Positions 8,874-17,221 of a DNA stretch of 64,000 bases are shown in pieces. This DNA comes from Vulcanimicrobiota bacterium (lineage in GTDB: Bacteria > Vulcanimicrobiota > Vulcanimicrobiia > Eremiobacterales > Eremiobacteraceae), in contig JAFAKE010000039.1 of the NCBI GenBank assembly GCA_019235715.1, forward strand, positions 4,677 through 68,676. Direction: 5' to 3'. Numbering within the stretch: position 1 is the first letter of the stretch; each line of letters begins with the position of its first letter. A model generated the notes under the pieces. It worked only from the letters and a program-made list of their open reading frames with translations. It made no database searches and had not been told where the DNA came from. The position numbers and the translations under genes are program-made.

Positions 8874-9383
8874 CTAATGAGCGGGTGTTGCGTTTGCCGT
8901 CGCCGCTGGGCCAGGACAGAACGGCGGTTTGAGTGCGAGCTTTTCGGTGAACGAGTTATTCGAATAGTCGGACTCGCTGATGCGCCGGTTAGGATTCACG
9001 ACGAACGTGAAGGTCGTATTCGGATACGTCGCGCTCTCGGTCTGCGGCGTATACACGAAGAGAACTTTCCCGTTGCCACCCGCAGAGATGAACGGCAGAT
9101 CCGCAAATTGCGTATGCGATGGACCTTTGAGCTCGAGCGCTTGATTGGCCGGCGCCGGGCTATAATCGAGCTTTCCGATGTTCTTGACGGTGACGACGAA
9201 ACGCAGCACCGGAACGTTGCCGGTGCACGACGGGATCGGCAGCGTGTTGACGCCGCCGATCGTCAAATCGATCTTCTTGAACGTGAGCTGATAGACGGGC
9301 GGCGGCGTATAAACCGCGACGACGCCGGGCAGCGTGACGGCGGCGCTCATGAAAAAAGCGGGAAAAAGCCGGAGTATGAACAT
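8874..9383 (-). CDS. small secreted CARDB-like (Ig-fold) protein
   Basis: ATG at 9383 is preceded by AAGGAG. Signal peptide MFILRLFPAFFMSAAVTLPG. VKNIGK ... ESDYSNNSF is the CARDB-type pattern. Confidence 0.7.
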   Translation of the reverse strand: MFILRLFPAFFMSAAVTLPGVVAVYTPPPVYQLTFKKIDLTIGGVNTLPIPSCTGNVPVLRFVVTVKNIGKLDYSPAPANQALELKGPSHTQFADLPFISAGGNGKVLFVYTPQTESATYPNTTFTFVVNPNRRISESDYSNNSFTEKLALKPPFCPGPAATANATPAH

Positions 9384-9524
9384 CGCCCAAAGCTCCTTAG
9401 GACGGTTGAAGTGAGCGACGCTTGGCTTCGCAGCGCGCCCGCGCCTGCACGGCGAGCAGGTGGGTCGCGCGCGTGACCTGCAACTATAACGATGCCGCCG
9501 CGCTGCGGTTCGATTGGGGGGACC

Positions 9525-9893
9525 ATGATCGCACGTCACATATCGCGCCTGCTCGCTTCACTGGCAGTCGGCACTCTTGTCGCGCTTGCATGGCCGGCGC
9601 CGGGCGCACGCGCGGACGCTCCGCCGTCGCCGAGTCCTACGCTGATCGTCATTCGCAACTACGCGTTCATGCCGGCGTCGATCACCATCAAGACCGGAAG
9701 CACGGTCCAGTGGCGCAACGATGACAGCGTGTCGCATACCGCGACCGCAGCGGATGGGACGTTCGATTCGAAGAACCTCGATCGCGGCCAGACGTATACG
9801 TTCACGTTCGCCAAGGCGGGCACGTACGCGTACACGTGCTCCTATCACCCGAACATGACGGGGAAGATCGTCGTCAGCGACACAGGTCAGTAG
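9525..9893 (+). CDS. type-1 copper cupredoxin (amicyanin/plastocyanin-like), secreted
   Basis: Signal peptide followed by the Cu ligand set H (DSVSHT) and C-x2-H-x2-M (YTCSYHPNM). Confidence 0.85.
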   Translation: MIARHISRLLASLAVGTLVALAWPAPGARADAPPSPSPTLIVIRNYAFMPASITIKTGSTVQWRNDDSVSHTATAADGTFDSKNLDRGQTYTFTFAKAGTYAYTCSYHPNMTGKIVVSDTGQ

Positions 9894-12028
9894 CGGAAGC
9901 GCGACGTCGTTTGGTTCAGCCGCCAGACGCCGTTCGGATCTTTGCTCCATCGTTCGAGCGCGCCGTTGGCGTGCAATGGGCCAAGATCGCACTGGCGATC
10001 GACCTGCGCGCTGTCGCCGTCTAGTGCGATTTCGACGCGCGCAAGCGGATATGGAATAGCCGCGTACTTAAGCTCGAAGGCTCGTTCCTCGTCGGCGCTC
10101 ATCAGCGTCACGTTGGCGAGTGCGTCGCTATCAGGCGCCGCGCTGCTATTCAGCGCAGCATTCGTCGCCATGGTCAGTCTACGATTCATCGACGGTGTGC
10201 CGCAGGCGAGCGACGGTTCGAGAATGGCCGATGCGTCCGGTATGCCGCTCTCGAACGCGGGAAGCGACGGATCGGATCCGGGATCGAGACGCTGCGCTGC
10301 ATAGGGATTGTCGCCGCGTTGATCCTTTGACTGCAATGCCGTTTCGTCGATGCGAAATGCGCTCAACGGTCCGGCTTGCCCGTCCAGGCGCCATCCCGGG
10401 GTCGCTCCCATGAACAAGAAAAAACCGCTTGCGATGTCCGCAAAAGCGAGCTGTTCGCCCGCGTACGTCGCTCCTGTGGGTTCAGCGGGGTCGGCGCTTT
10501 GATCGCGCAACGGCGCCACCCAGATCATCGGATGTCCGAACCACGAGCGCGTCAGTGCGATCCAGACGTCGCCGCCGCGCATTCCGACGGCGCCGATCGC
10601 ACCTTCGAACTGCGCGCTGCGCTGCCATGCGACGCCGTCGCGCGACGACCACAGCGTGCTCGAGGGCGGCGTTTGACCCGTTGCGGGCGACGCACCCCAG
10701 ATCCGGCCATCGTCGGTGCGTCCGAGAACGGCGAATGGAAATGCAGGCGGTTGGCGCACGGTGAAGTAGCCGGCGCCGTCGCCGATCAAGAGATGGCCTA
10801 GATGTGAGACGACCCAGCGATTCCCGCTCGAATCACCGGCCGGGTAGAAGCGCCATTGCGCGAGCGCTGCGTGCAGCGCGTCCTGCGTTGGATCGAACGA
10901 TGGCATCGACGCGCCGAGCGCGCGCGGGTCGCGCGCAGCATCGAGACCGCTCATCTGCGTGCGCACGTAGTGCCCGGCGCGCGTGAACAGCATCACGTCC
11001 TCTTCAGGCCGGATGAAATACATCGCGCCGTCGGGCGCAATGCCGAAGCCGTCGCCGACGGTGAAGACCGGTTCGTGCGGAAGCGCGGGGAACCAGAAGT
11101 GCACGAGGTCTTGACTCGCGGCGACGATACGCTGGACGCCGTAGGAAAAAGTGAAATAGGCGACGCCTTTGCGATACGCCGACTGATACACCGGCGTTCC
11201 CAGCGGCCGGATAGGCACGAGCGCATCGCCGTATGGCGAACCGGCGAATGAGAGCGGCTGTGCGAGATCCGGACCGCTGCGCGCGATCTGCGCACGCACG
11301 TGCTTTTGCTTGTCGATCCATGCGAGGTAGCGGCCGACGATTGCATATGCGCCGTTATGCGCGACGCCGGCGATGCGAAAGCGCGCGGCGCCGATCTGCG
11401 CGATCGTATAGCGGCCATCTGAGCCGCGGTACACGGTAAAGCGGTCTGTCGAAGAGGGTGAGACGGCGACGCCGCCCGATGGCGTTTCGTCGCGCGCCGA
11501 GAAACGCGCTGCAGGCAGCGCGCCGCCGGCGGGCGCCTGGACTGCGACATCGTACTGCGCGCCGACCGCGGGATCGATCGAGACGGTCGTCGCGTCACTC
11601 CACGATGCGCGCTGCGCGCGCCCATCCGTGGACAGCTGCGTGAGGGTGCGTCGTTGCGCGTCGATCACGTACACGAACGTGGGATTCGCGGAGCGCCAAT
11701 CGCCCGCGATACCGGCGCCGATGAATTGCGCCACGATCAGCGCGCGCGTTCCGCTCGCATCGAAGAGCGCGGGGCCGACCGGGGTAGCCGCGAGCACCCC
11801 GAACGGCAACGGCGCGAGATGGAGCACGCGGCCGTCGCGCAGCACGATCGCCACATCAGGTCTGGGAGTCGGGCCGTGGCGCACCGCGGCGCTGCTCTGC
11901 ACCCCGTGCTGTGCCGGCGCACACGCACCCCCGCCCGTTCCGGCGGCTAGCGCAAGCACGACCGTGAGGACATAGATGCGCGCCCGTCCCGTAACGTTCG
12001 AAAGCGGATGAACCGATATAGTATTCAT
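9887..12028 (-). CDS. large exported hypothetical protein (713 aa)
   Basis: Long GC3-rich ORF with an N-terminal hydrophobic signal (RIYVLTVVLALAAGTGGGAC). No family recognised. Confidence 0.7.
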   Translation of the reverse strand: MNTISVHPLSNVTGRARIYVLTVVLALAAGTGGGACAPAQHGVQSSAAVRHGPTPRPDVAIVLRDGRVLHLAPLPFGVLAATPVGPALFDASGTRALIVAQFIGAGIAGDWRSANPTFVYVIDAQRRTLTQLSTDGRAQRASWSDATTVSIDPAVGAQYDVAVQAPAGGALPAARFSARDETPSGGVAVSPSSTDRFTVYRGSDGRYTIAQIGAARFRIAGVAHNGAYAIVGRYLAWIDKQKHVRAQIARSGPDLAQPLSFAGSPYGDALVPIRPLGTPVYQSAYRKGVAYFTFSYGVQRIVAASQDLVHFWFPALPHEPVFTVGDGFGIAPDGAMYFIRPEEDVMLFTRAGHYVRTQMSGLDAARDPRALGASMPSFDPTQDALHAALAQWRFYPAGDSSGNRWVVSHLGHLLIGDGAGYFTVRQPPAFPFAVLGRTDDGRIWGASPATGQTPPSSTLWSSRDGVAWQRSAQFEGAIGAVGMRGGDVWIALTRSWFGHPMIWVAPLRDQSADPAEPTGATYAGEQLAFADIASGFFLFMGATPGWRLDGQAGPLSAFRIDETALQSKDQRGDNPYAAQRLDPGSDPSLPAFESGIPDASAILEPSLACGTPSMNRRLTMATNAALNSSAAPDSDALANVTLMSADEERAFELKYAAIPYPLARVEIALDGDSAQVDRQCDLGPLHANGALERWSKDPNGVWRLNQTTSRFRY

Positions 12029-12053
12029 GCGCAGGCGCAGGCTTCACGTTCCG

Positions 12054-12641
12054 ATGACCGCCCTCATTGCGTTGAGCATCGCGCTCGTTGCGGTGCAAGC
12101 GATCGGCGCACAAGCGCCATTCGTGCCGCCCGCCGGATGGACGGCCGCGAGACCGCCGCAAGGCATGCTCGGCGTGTGGGTCCATCCCGGCGACACCGCA
12201 TTCCATCAAAACGTCGTGCTGGGCGCGGAGCGCACGCAGCTGTCGGCCGCGCAATACGATAAGCAGGCGATCGCGATGTTGAGCCGCGGCCTCAACGGTT
12301 TTCGTCTCGGCGCGGACCAGGACACGTCGACGTGCGGCGGCCAGCCCGCGCACTACATCTCGTATGCGAGCACCATCAATGGACGCGAAGTGCTGTACGA
12401 GCAGATGACGACGATGGTCGGCAACGTCGAGTGGTTCGTGATCTACACGCGGCTGATGTCGCAACCGTCGTTGCCCGAAGCGCGCGCAGCGCTGACGACG
12501 CTGTGCGGTTTGCACGAAAACCAGTCCATCGCCCGGCCGCAGCCACAGGAGGCGACGCCGCCTCCGGCGCCCGAGCCAGAAGCGACGACACCACAGCCCA
12601 GTCCGTACGCGACGCTGGCGCCATTCCCTGACGCAGGGTGA
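12054..12641 (+). CDS. secreted hypothetical protein with a Pro-rich C-terminal tail
   Basis: ATG at 12054 gives the signal peptide MTALIALSIALVAVQAIGAQA. The stop overlaps the next start (GTGA). Confidence 0.65.
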   Translation: MTALIALSIALVAVQAIGAQAPFVPPAGWTAARPPQGMLGVWVHPGDTAFHQNVVLGAERTQLSAAQYDKQAIAMLSRGLNGFRLGADQDTSTCGGQPAHYISYASTINGREVLYEQMTTMVGNVEWFVIYTRLMSQPSLPEARAALTTLCGLHENQSIARPQPQEATPPPAPEPEATTPQPSPYATLAPFPDAG

Positions 12642-13102
12642 ACGCACGAGTGAGCACGCGCGTTTTTCCTGTCGTAATCGCGAGCGCATTGTTGATCGTT
12701 ACAGCGATGCACGCCGCTGCGTTTGCAAGTCCGTATCCGCGCGTGCCGAGCAAAGGCGATTCGGTTCGCTTCGATGGTTCGATCGGAGGAGAATCCTTCG
12801 GCTGGGGATTTTACAATGAGTATTGGCTGCAGACGTATCTCAAGTTCACCATTGAAGCGGCGCGCAATCCATCCGTGTATGCGAATAGCCAGTCTGCGGT
12901 GACTGCGATCGGCGAACACGCGCTGACGCTGCCGAACGGCACGCGCGGTATGGTCGAAGAAACAAAACTATTCACGTACGGTGGACGCAGCGATATGCAA
13001 GTGCGCGTCATGGTGCAGGACGGAAGCCTGCGCGGCAGCGAGGTGTGGACGACCGCTGGAGAGCTCGTCGATAGCGCGGGCAAGAGCTACCTTAAGACCT
13101 GA
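12638..13102 (+). CDS. secreted hypothetical protein (154 aa)
   Basis: GTG start overlaps the upstream stop. Signal-like VFPVVIASALLIVTAMHAAAFA. GC is lower than in the neighbours. Confidence 0.6.
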   Translation: MNARVSTRVFPVVIASALLIVTAMHAAAFASPYPRVPSKGDSVRFDGSIGGESFGWGFYNEYWLQTYLKFTIEAARNPSVYANSQSAVTAIGEHALTLPNGTRGMVEETKLFTYGGRSDMQVRVMVQDGSLRGSEVWTTAGELVDSAGKSYLKT

Positions 13103-13216
13103 ATTCTCTAAGTGTGATGTGCTGGGGCGCGAGCAGACAGGGAATCCTTCCGCGCGGGTCCTAGGCAGACTGCACACAATTACAATTGCACGGCAACGTC
13201 GTGTTTGGGGGACCGC

Positions 13217-14641
13217 ATGCTGCCGCAACCGAGCACGTTAACCCCGGTCGAGCGAGTCCGGAGGGAGAATCGCTATAACCTCCCGTTGGGCTTCGGGTCT
13301 TCGATCGTCGTCCATCTGCTCTTCATTTTCTTGCTCTTGTTGCTGGTGGCATCGGTCCTCAATTCCGGCGCTGCGAACGAAGCGGTGCAGAGCAGTCAGA
13401 ACGTCATCGTCCAGACGTTGATCAAGCAGCCGCAACCCCCCGCTCGTCCGCCCAAACCGCAACCGCCCAAACCGCGTCCGAGACCGCGTCCGGTCGTCGT
13501 GCATCCGGCGGTGACGCGCCCGATCCCGGTCGAGCTCGCCGCCAAGCATGGCGCCACGCCGCAACCGACACCGCGGCCTAAGCCGAAGCCGAATCCGCGA
13601 CCGACGGTCGAGCCGACAAACCGTCCGTCGCCTTCGCCACAGCCCTCTCCCACACAGGTCGCAGTGACGACGCCGCAACCGACGTTACCGCCAACGCCAA
13701 AACCGACGCCGACGCCGCAGCCGACCCAAAAGCCGACGCCGGTTCCAACGTTGCCGCCAACGCCGAAGCCGACGATCGCGCCGACCGCGCCGCCGACGGT
13801 TGCACCCACTGCGCCGCCGACCGCGAAACCGACGATCGCCCCGACGGCACCGCCGACCGCGAAGCCGACAATCGCGCCGACCGCGCCGCCGACTGCGAAG
13901 CCGACGCAAGCCCCGACTGCGCCGCCGACCGCGAAACCGACGATTGCGCCGCAAGTCGTCGCAACTGCAAAACCGACAACCGCGCCGACAGCTCCGCCAA
14001 CGCGTGCGCCGACGGCAGCACCGACGAGCGCGCCGACAACGGCACCGACGACTGCGCCGACAACTGCGCCGACAACAGCCCCGACATCAGCGGCGACAAC
14101 AGCGCCAGGCCCGAAGGCGACGAACGCGACGCCTGGCCCAGCGGTGGCACAAAACGGACCGCATGGCGTCGGTACGAGTCCGGGGCCTGCAACCGGTCAA
14201 CACCCAGGTCCGTTGCCGATCGTACGGCCGCAGCCGACGCCGACGCCGCAGCCCGCACCCTCACCCACTCCGCGGCCGTCACCGAAGCCCACTTCCAACT
14301 CCTCCATCGATCGGTTGAACGCGCGGCTCAACGCGGGACTCGATGAAGGTCCGGTACTCGGCTTCCACATGCGCACGGACGATTCAGAATTCTACCGTCA
14401 GGTCGCGGCGTTGACTGCGATGCTCGTTCATGACGAGCGGACGATGTCGAAAGACGACCTCTACATCCTCGAGAACGGCACGAAGTATAAGAAGGCGGAC
14501 GGCACTGTGTGGGTCGTGCTGCGCTCGGTGAACTTCGGCGGATTCAAGATCTGCGTCGGTCTCGCCGCAACGCCGCCGCACAAGTACATCCTCGACCACT
14601 GCCCGGACAATTATCTGGCGACGCCCGCCCCGATGAAATAG
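13217..14641 (+). CDS. membrane-anchored Pro/Thr/Ala-rich protein with a TonB-like N-terminus and an unrelated C-terminal domain
   Basis: TM helix SSIVVHLLFIFLLLLLV carries S-x3-H, followed by a PKPQPPKPRPRPRP spacer, about 250 aa of PT/A repeats and a ~110-aa globular C-terminus. An alternative TTG start lies at 13205. Confidence 0.75.
   Translation: MLPQPSTLTPVERVRRENRYNLPLGFGSSIVVHLLFIFLLLLLVASVLNSGAANEAVQSSQNVIVQTLIKQPQPPARPPKPQPPKPRPRPRPVVVHPAVTRPIPVELAAKHGATPQPTPRPKPKPNPRPTVEPTNRPSPSPQPSPTQVAVTTPQPTLPPTPKPTPTPQPTQKPTPVPTLPPTPKPTIAPTAPPTVAPTAPPTAKPTIAPTAPPTAKPTIAPTAPPTAKPTQAPTAPPTAKPTIAPQVVATAKPTTAPTAPPTRAPTAAPTSAPTTAPTTAPTTAPTTAPTSAATTAPGPKATNATPGPAVAQNGPHGVGTSPGPATGQHPGPLPIVRPQPTPTPQPAPSPTPRPSPKPTSNSSIDRLNARLNAGLDEGPVLGFHMRTDDSEFYRQVAALTAMLVHDERTMSKDDLYILENGTKYKKADGTVWVVLRSVNFGGFKICVGLAATPPHKYILDHCPDNYLATPAPMK
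13766..14005 (+). repeat. in-frame 36-bp tandem repeat (about 6.7 copies, unit KPTIAPTAPPTA)
   Basis: Units read directly at 13766, 13826, 13862, 13898, 13934 and 13970, plus a 24-nt partial unit at 13802. Copies differ mostly at third codon positions. Confidence 0.85.
14030..14101 (+). repeat. in-frame 12-bp tandem repeat (APTT x4, then APTS and AATT)
   Basis: gcgccgacaacg-like units read directly in frame within the same CDS. Confidence 0.8.
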
Positions 14642-14936
14642 ACCACGCTAGATTCTCGGAGTATAACTCCGACGGTGTATCGATCCTTTGAGCGCTAACC
14701 TCGGGACTTTGCAGCTCTCGCACTACTAACCTAAGATATCCGAGGCATTCTTCTTATTAAGAGCCTCGCCACTATTTCGTGCTCTTATGGTTCGTTGCAA
14801 TAGGCAAGTCGCTTCTCGTCTTCGCATCGCACGACTTTCAACGCGTGGAAAAGAACGTGAATGCGTTTATAAGCACCTGCTAGAACCAGTGCGCGGAGGC
14901 CGCACGGGAAGACTGAGTGGGTAGAGATGTGCAGCC

Positions 14937-16571
14937 ATGATCGCCGGTCGCCTTAAGTATCTTTGCTACGCCGCGATGGCGATAGCTAGCGTGTTGGTTG
15001 GCTGCAATGGACACGGCGCGGCCCCAACGCCACCCGCCTTGAGCTCGTCGCCCAATGCCACCGCCGCGGCCGCGACGCCATCGCATTGCCAAGGCTGCCC
15101 ATTTATCGTGAGTGCACGTTTGCACCCGGCGTTGCAAGGTGACTCAACGGAAGACGTTTGCTCATCACCGTGGGCGTGCGTCATTGTCGGAGATCCGCCA
15201 TTCAACCCAGTCGACTGGGGTTGGTCAGGACCTCCTAATCCCGCGCCGGGATACGAGTATAGCTGTCGATTCGTGAAATGGGATACGACGAGCAGCGGTT
15301 GGACAGGCAGCATGGTCCCTGCGACAAGTACACCGTTGCCGTCGCCGCCGCCGACGTTCTATCAATGCAACCTCGATGTGCAAATCGCCAGCGGAATCAA
15401 GGTTGGTACTTACCAGCCGTACACATGGGGACTCACGATCTACAATTCCGCCGGGCAGGTCATAGGCGGGGGTACATTCGACACGGCCTACGTCCCTCAG
15501 CGGAACTATATCCAAGCCGCTTGTAGCAACAATCTGAACAACTGCCCCGTCCTCGACGTTACAGATATGGACTTGAACAAGGTCGTCAGCGGAACGCCTC
15601 CTCCCTCGCCAACCAAGTGGGTTGTCGGGCTCAAGAAAAACTTGAGCGTCGCGATCCGCCCTGGCTCCGGCACGGGCTCGTATAACGTGATAAACTTATC
15701 CTGGACGCCGCCCCCCAACGCGTACGAGTCTTACAACTTCGGTGCGAACACCACGACAGCACCCGTTGTGCTGTCCTACACTGATCTGGTTTCAAGTCCT
15801 TTCGGTTTTTATTGGATCTCAGGCGATAACCTGAACCCGCAGCAGTTCGGCGTAAACGAGTTCGTTCAGCGAACCGACGGCCTGGAAACAGCCTCCGTGA
15901 CCACGCTCCTTTCGTATCTCGTCATGACTCCAAGCAGCGTCAACCTTGGAGCCTCGTACTCAGCCACCCAATTCGGCGTGTTTGAGGCAAATGGTGCAAA
16001 GGCGGTGAGCTCTGGGACGATCCTCAATTTGCCAACGTCGGCAGGCATTGACACGGCGTTCACTGCGACTGCTCCCCAGGCGATCACTGGGTACATGGGC
16101 GGCGGCTATACGGGCGCCGGCTATTTTGCGGCATCCCAGGTGCTTGTTTCTTCGTCTCCCGCCCCTACTGCAACACCGCCGCTCGCTGACGCATGCGCGA
16201 TCTTTAGCACGAACGCATCGCGCCAAGCAAACCCCGTTGCCAAAGTAGCTGCGGGTTCCACCGTAACGTGGCACGCGCTCGATGCGCCCGCACAATTTAC
16301 TTTGCCCGCATCCGGACATTCTCTTACATACGGGGATTCGTTCGTCGATTATTTCATATTTCGTCCGACCGGAAAGAACGCCATCTGGGTCACGCTCGGT
16401 ACGCTGTCATGGTCATGGGGCGCGACGATAACAAATAATGCCGGTAAATACACGCTTTCAAATGTCACGAACTCCAGCCAAGCAACTAGTTCGACGTCTA
16501 CGAACGAGCCGACATGGAACGCGATTTACAACGGAGGGAGTTTCGTATGCGCTACTTTACCTTCTCAGTAG
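14937..16571 (+). CDS. lipoprotein of unknown function (544 aa) in low-GC patch 1
   Basis: Signal peptide plus lipobox (AIASVLVGC). Ser/Thr/Pro/Gly-rich. No family recognised. Confidence 0.7.
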   Translation: MIAGRLKYLCYAAMAIASVLVGCNGHGAAPTPPALSSSPNATAAAATPSHCQGCPFIVSARLHPALQGDSTEDVCSSPWACVIVGDPPFNPVDWGWSGPPNPAPGYEYSCRFVKWDTTSSGWTGSMVPATSTPLPSPPPTFYQCNLDVQIASGIKVGTYQPYTWGLTIYNSAGQVIGGGTFDTAYVPQRNYIQAACSNNLNNCPVLDVTDMDLNKVVSGTPPPSPTKWVVGLKKNLSVAIRPGSGTGSYNVINLSWTPPPNAYESYNFGANTTTAPVVLSYTDLVSSPFGFYWISGDNLNPQQFGVNEFVQRTDGLETASVTTLLSYLVMTPSSVNLGASYSATQFGVFEANGAKAVSSGTILNLPTSAGIDTAFTATAPQAITGYMGGGYTGAGYFAASQVLVSSSPAPTATPPLADACAIFSTNASRQANPVAKVAAGSTVTWHALDAPAQFTLPASGHSLTYGDSFVDYFIFRPTGKNAIWVTLGTLSWSWGATITNNAGKYTLSNVTNSSQATSSTSTNEPTWNAIYNGGSFVCATLPSQ

Positions 16572-16586
16572 GGATCCGAGGTTGAG

Positions 16587-17075
16587 ATGAAGACTATTAA
16601 ATTTCTACTCTTGATTGCCGGCGGAACGATGTTCTTGAGCGCAGCGCCGGCCAGCGCTGGCTATGCGGCGGGCAGCAAACTTTCCCTCGCAATAACTTGC
16701 CCCACGCACGCCGCAAGTGATCCTACATTTTCCTTCATCCTCACGAACCAGGGTTCGGATCCGGTCGACGTTGACGACACGTACTTGCCGATTGATCTGA
16801 TGGTGCATTTAACCGTGAAAGACGCGAGTGGCAATGTTGTCACGCCGGGCACTTATATTAGCGGGTCACGCCATCCGGCGGCGTCAAGGGTTCTGGAGCC
16901 CGGACAGTCTGTGGTCCTCAAGGACTGGGTAGACCATACCCAACCCCAGACCAGCGTCATTCCGATTCACCTGTTCGGTTATCAGCTAAGTGCTGGAACC
17001 TACCAAGTATCAGCAAAGGCGACCGACTCTCCTGATGAACCGCGATCAAACGTCTGCACGGTTGTGGTTAACTAG
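16587..17075 (+). CDS. small secreted beta-sandwich-like protein (162 aa) in low-GC patch 1
   Basis: GAGG lies 6 nt before the ATG. Signal peptide MKTIKFLLLIAGGTMFLSAAPASA. The pattern FSFILTNQGSDPVDV...LEPGQSVVLKDW resembles Ig-like inhibitor or DUF4232-type domains (weak). Confidence 0.7.
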   Translation: MKTIKFLLLIAGGTMFLSAAPASAGYAAGSKLSLAITCPTHAASDPTFSFILTNQGSDPVDVDDTYLPIDLMVHLTVKDASGNVVTPGTYISGSRHPAASRVLEPGQSVVLKDWVDHTQPQTSVIPIHLFGYQLSAGTYQVSAKATDSPDEPRSNVCTVVVN

Positions 17076-17124
17076 GACCGCTTTACAATCTAGTCTATAG
17101 CGCCGTTCACCTTATGTGAGGCCT

Positions 17125-17153
17125 GCTCGTCTTAGACGAGAACGCGTTTTCTT
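17125..17153 (+). terminator. weak terminator candidate after low-GC patch 1
   Basis: gctcgtc-tta-gacgag forms a 6-bp stem followed by aacgcgttttctt. Confidence 0.3.
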
Positions 17154-17221
17154 ATCTGGGGATAGTAGCGCTCGGGCAAAAACTCACCTTTGACGGGATA
17201 TGCAAGACAGTTAGAGATAAC

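Noticed and set aside
13766-14005. A regular 36-bp tandem repeat that could superficially resemble a CRISPR array or a minisatellite.
   Set aside because: The units are contiguous with no spacers. They are in frame within a long ORF and encode a KPTIAPTAPPTA peptide repeat. No cas genes are present in the window. The antisense ORFs here (13396..13809, 13578..14282, 13685..13954, 13800..14318) are repeat-driven artefacts.
14642-17221. The two low-GC patches (also 56833..59873) as mobile elements or genomic islands.
   Set aside because: I could not find an integrase, transposase or recombinase, a flanking tRNA, or direct or inverted terminal repeats. They are reported as compositional anomalies only.
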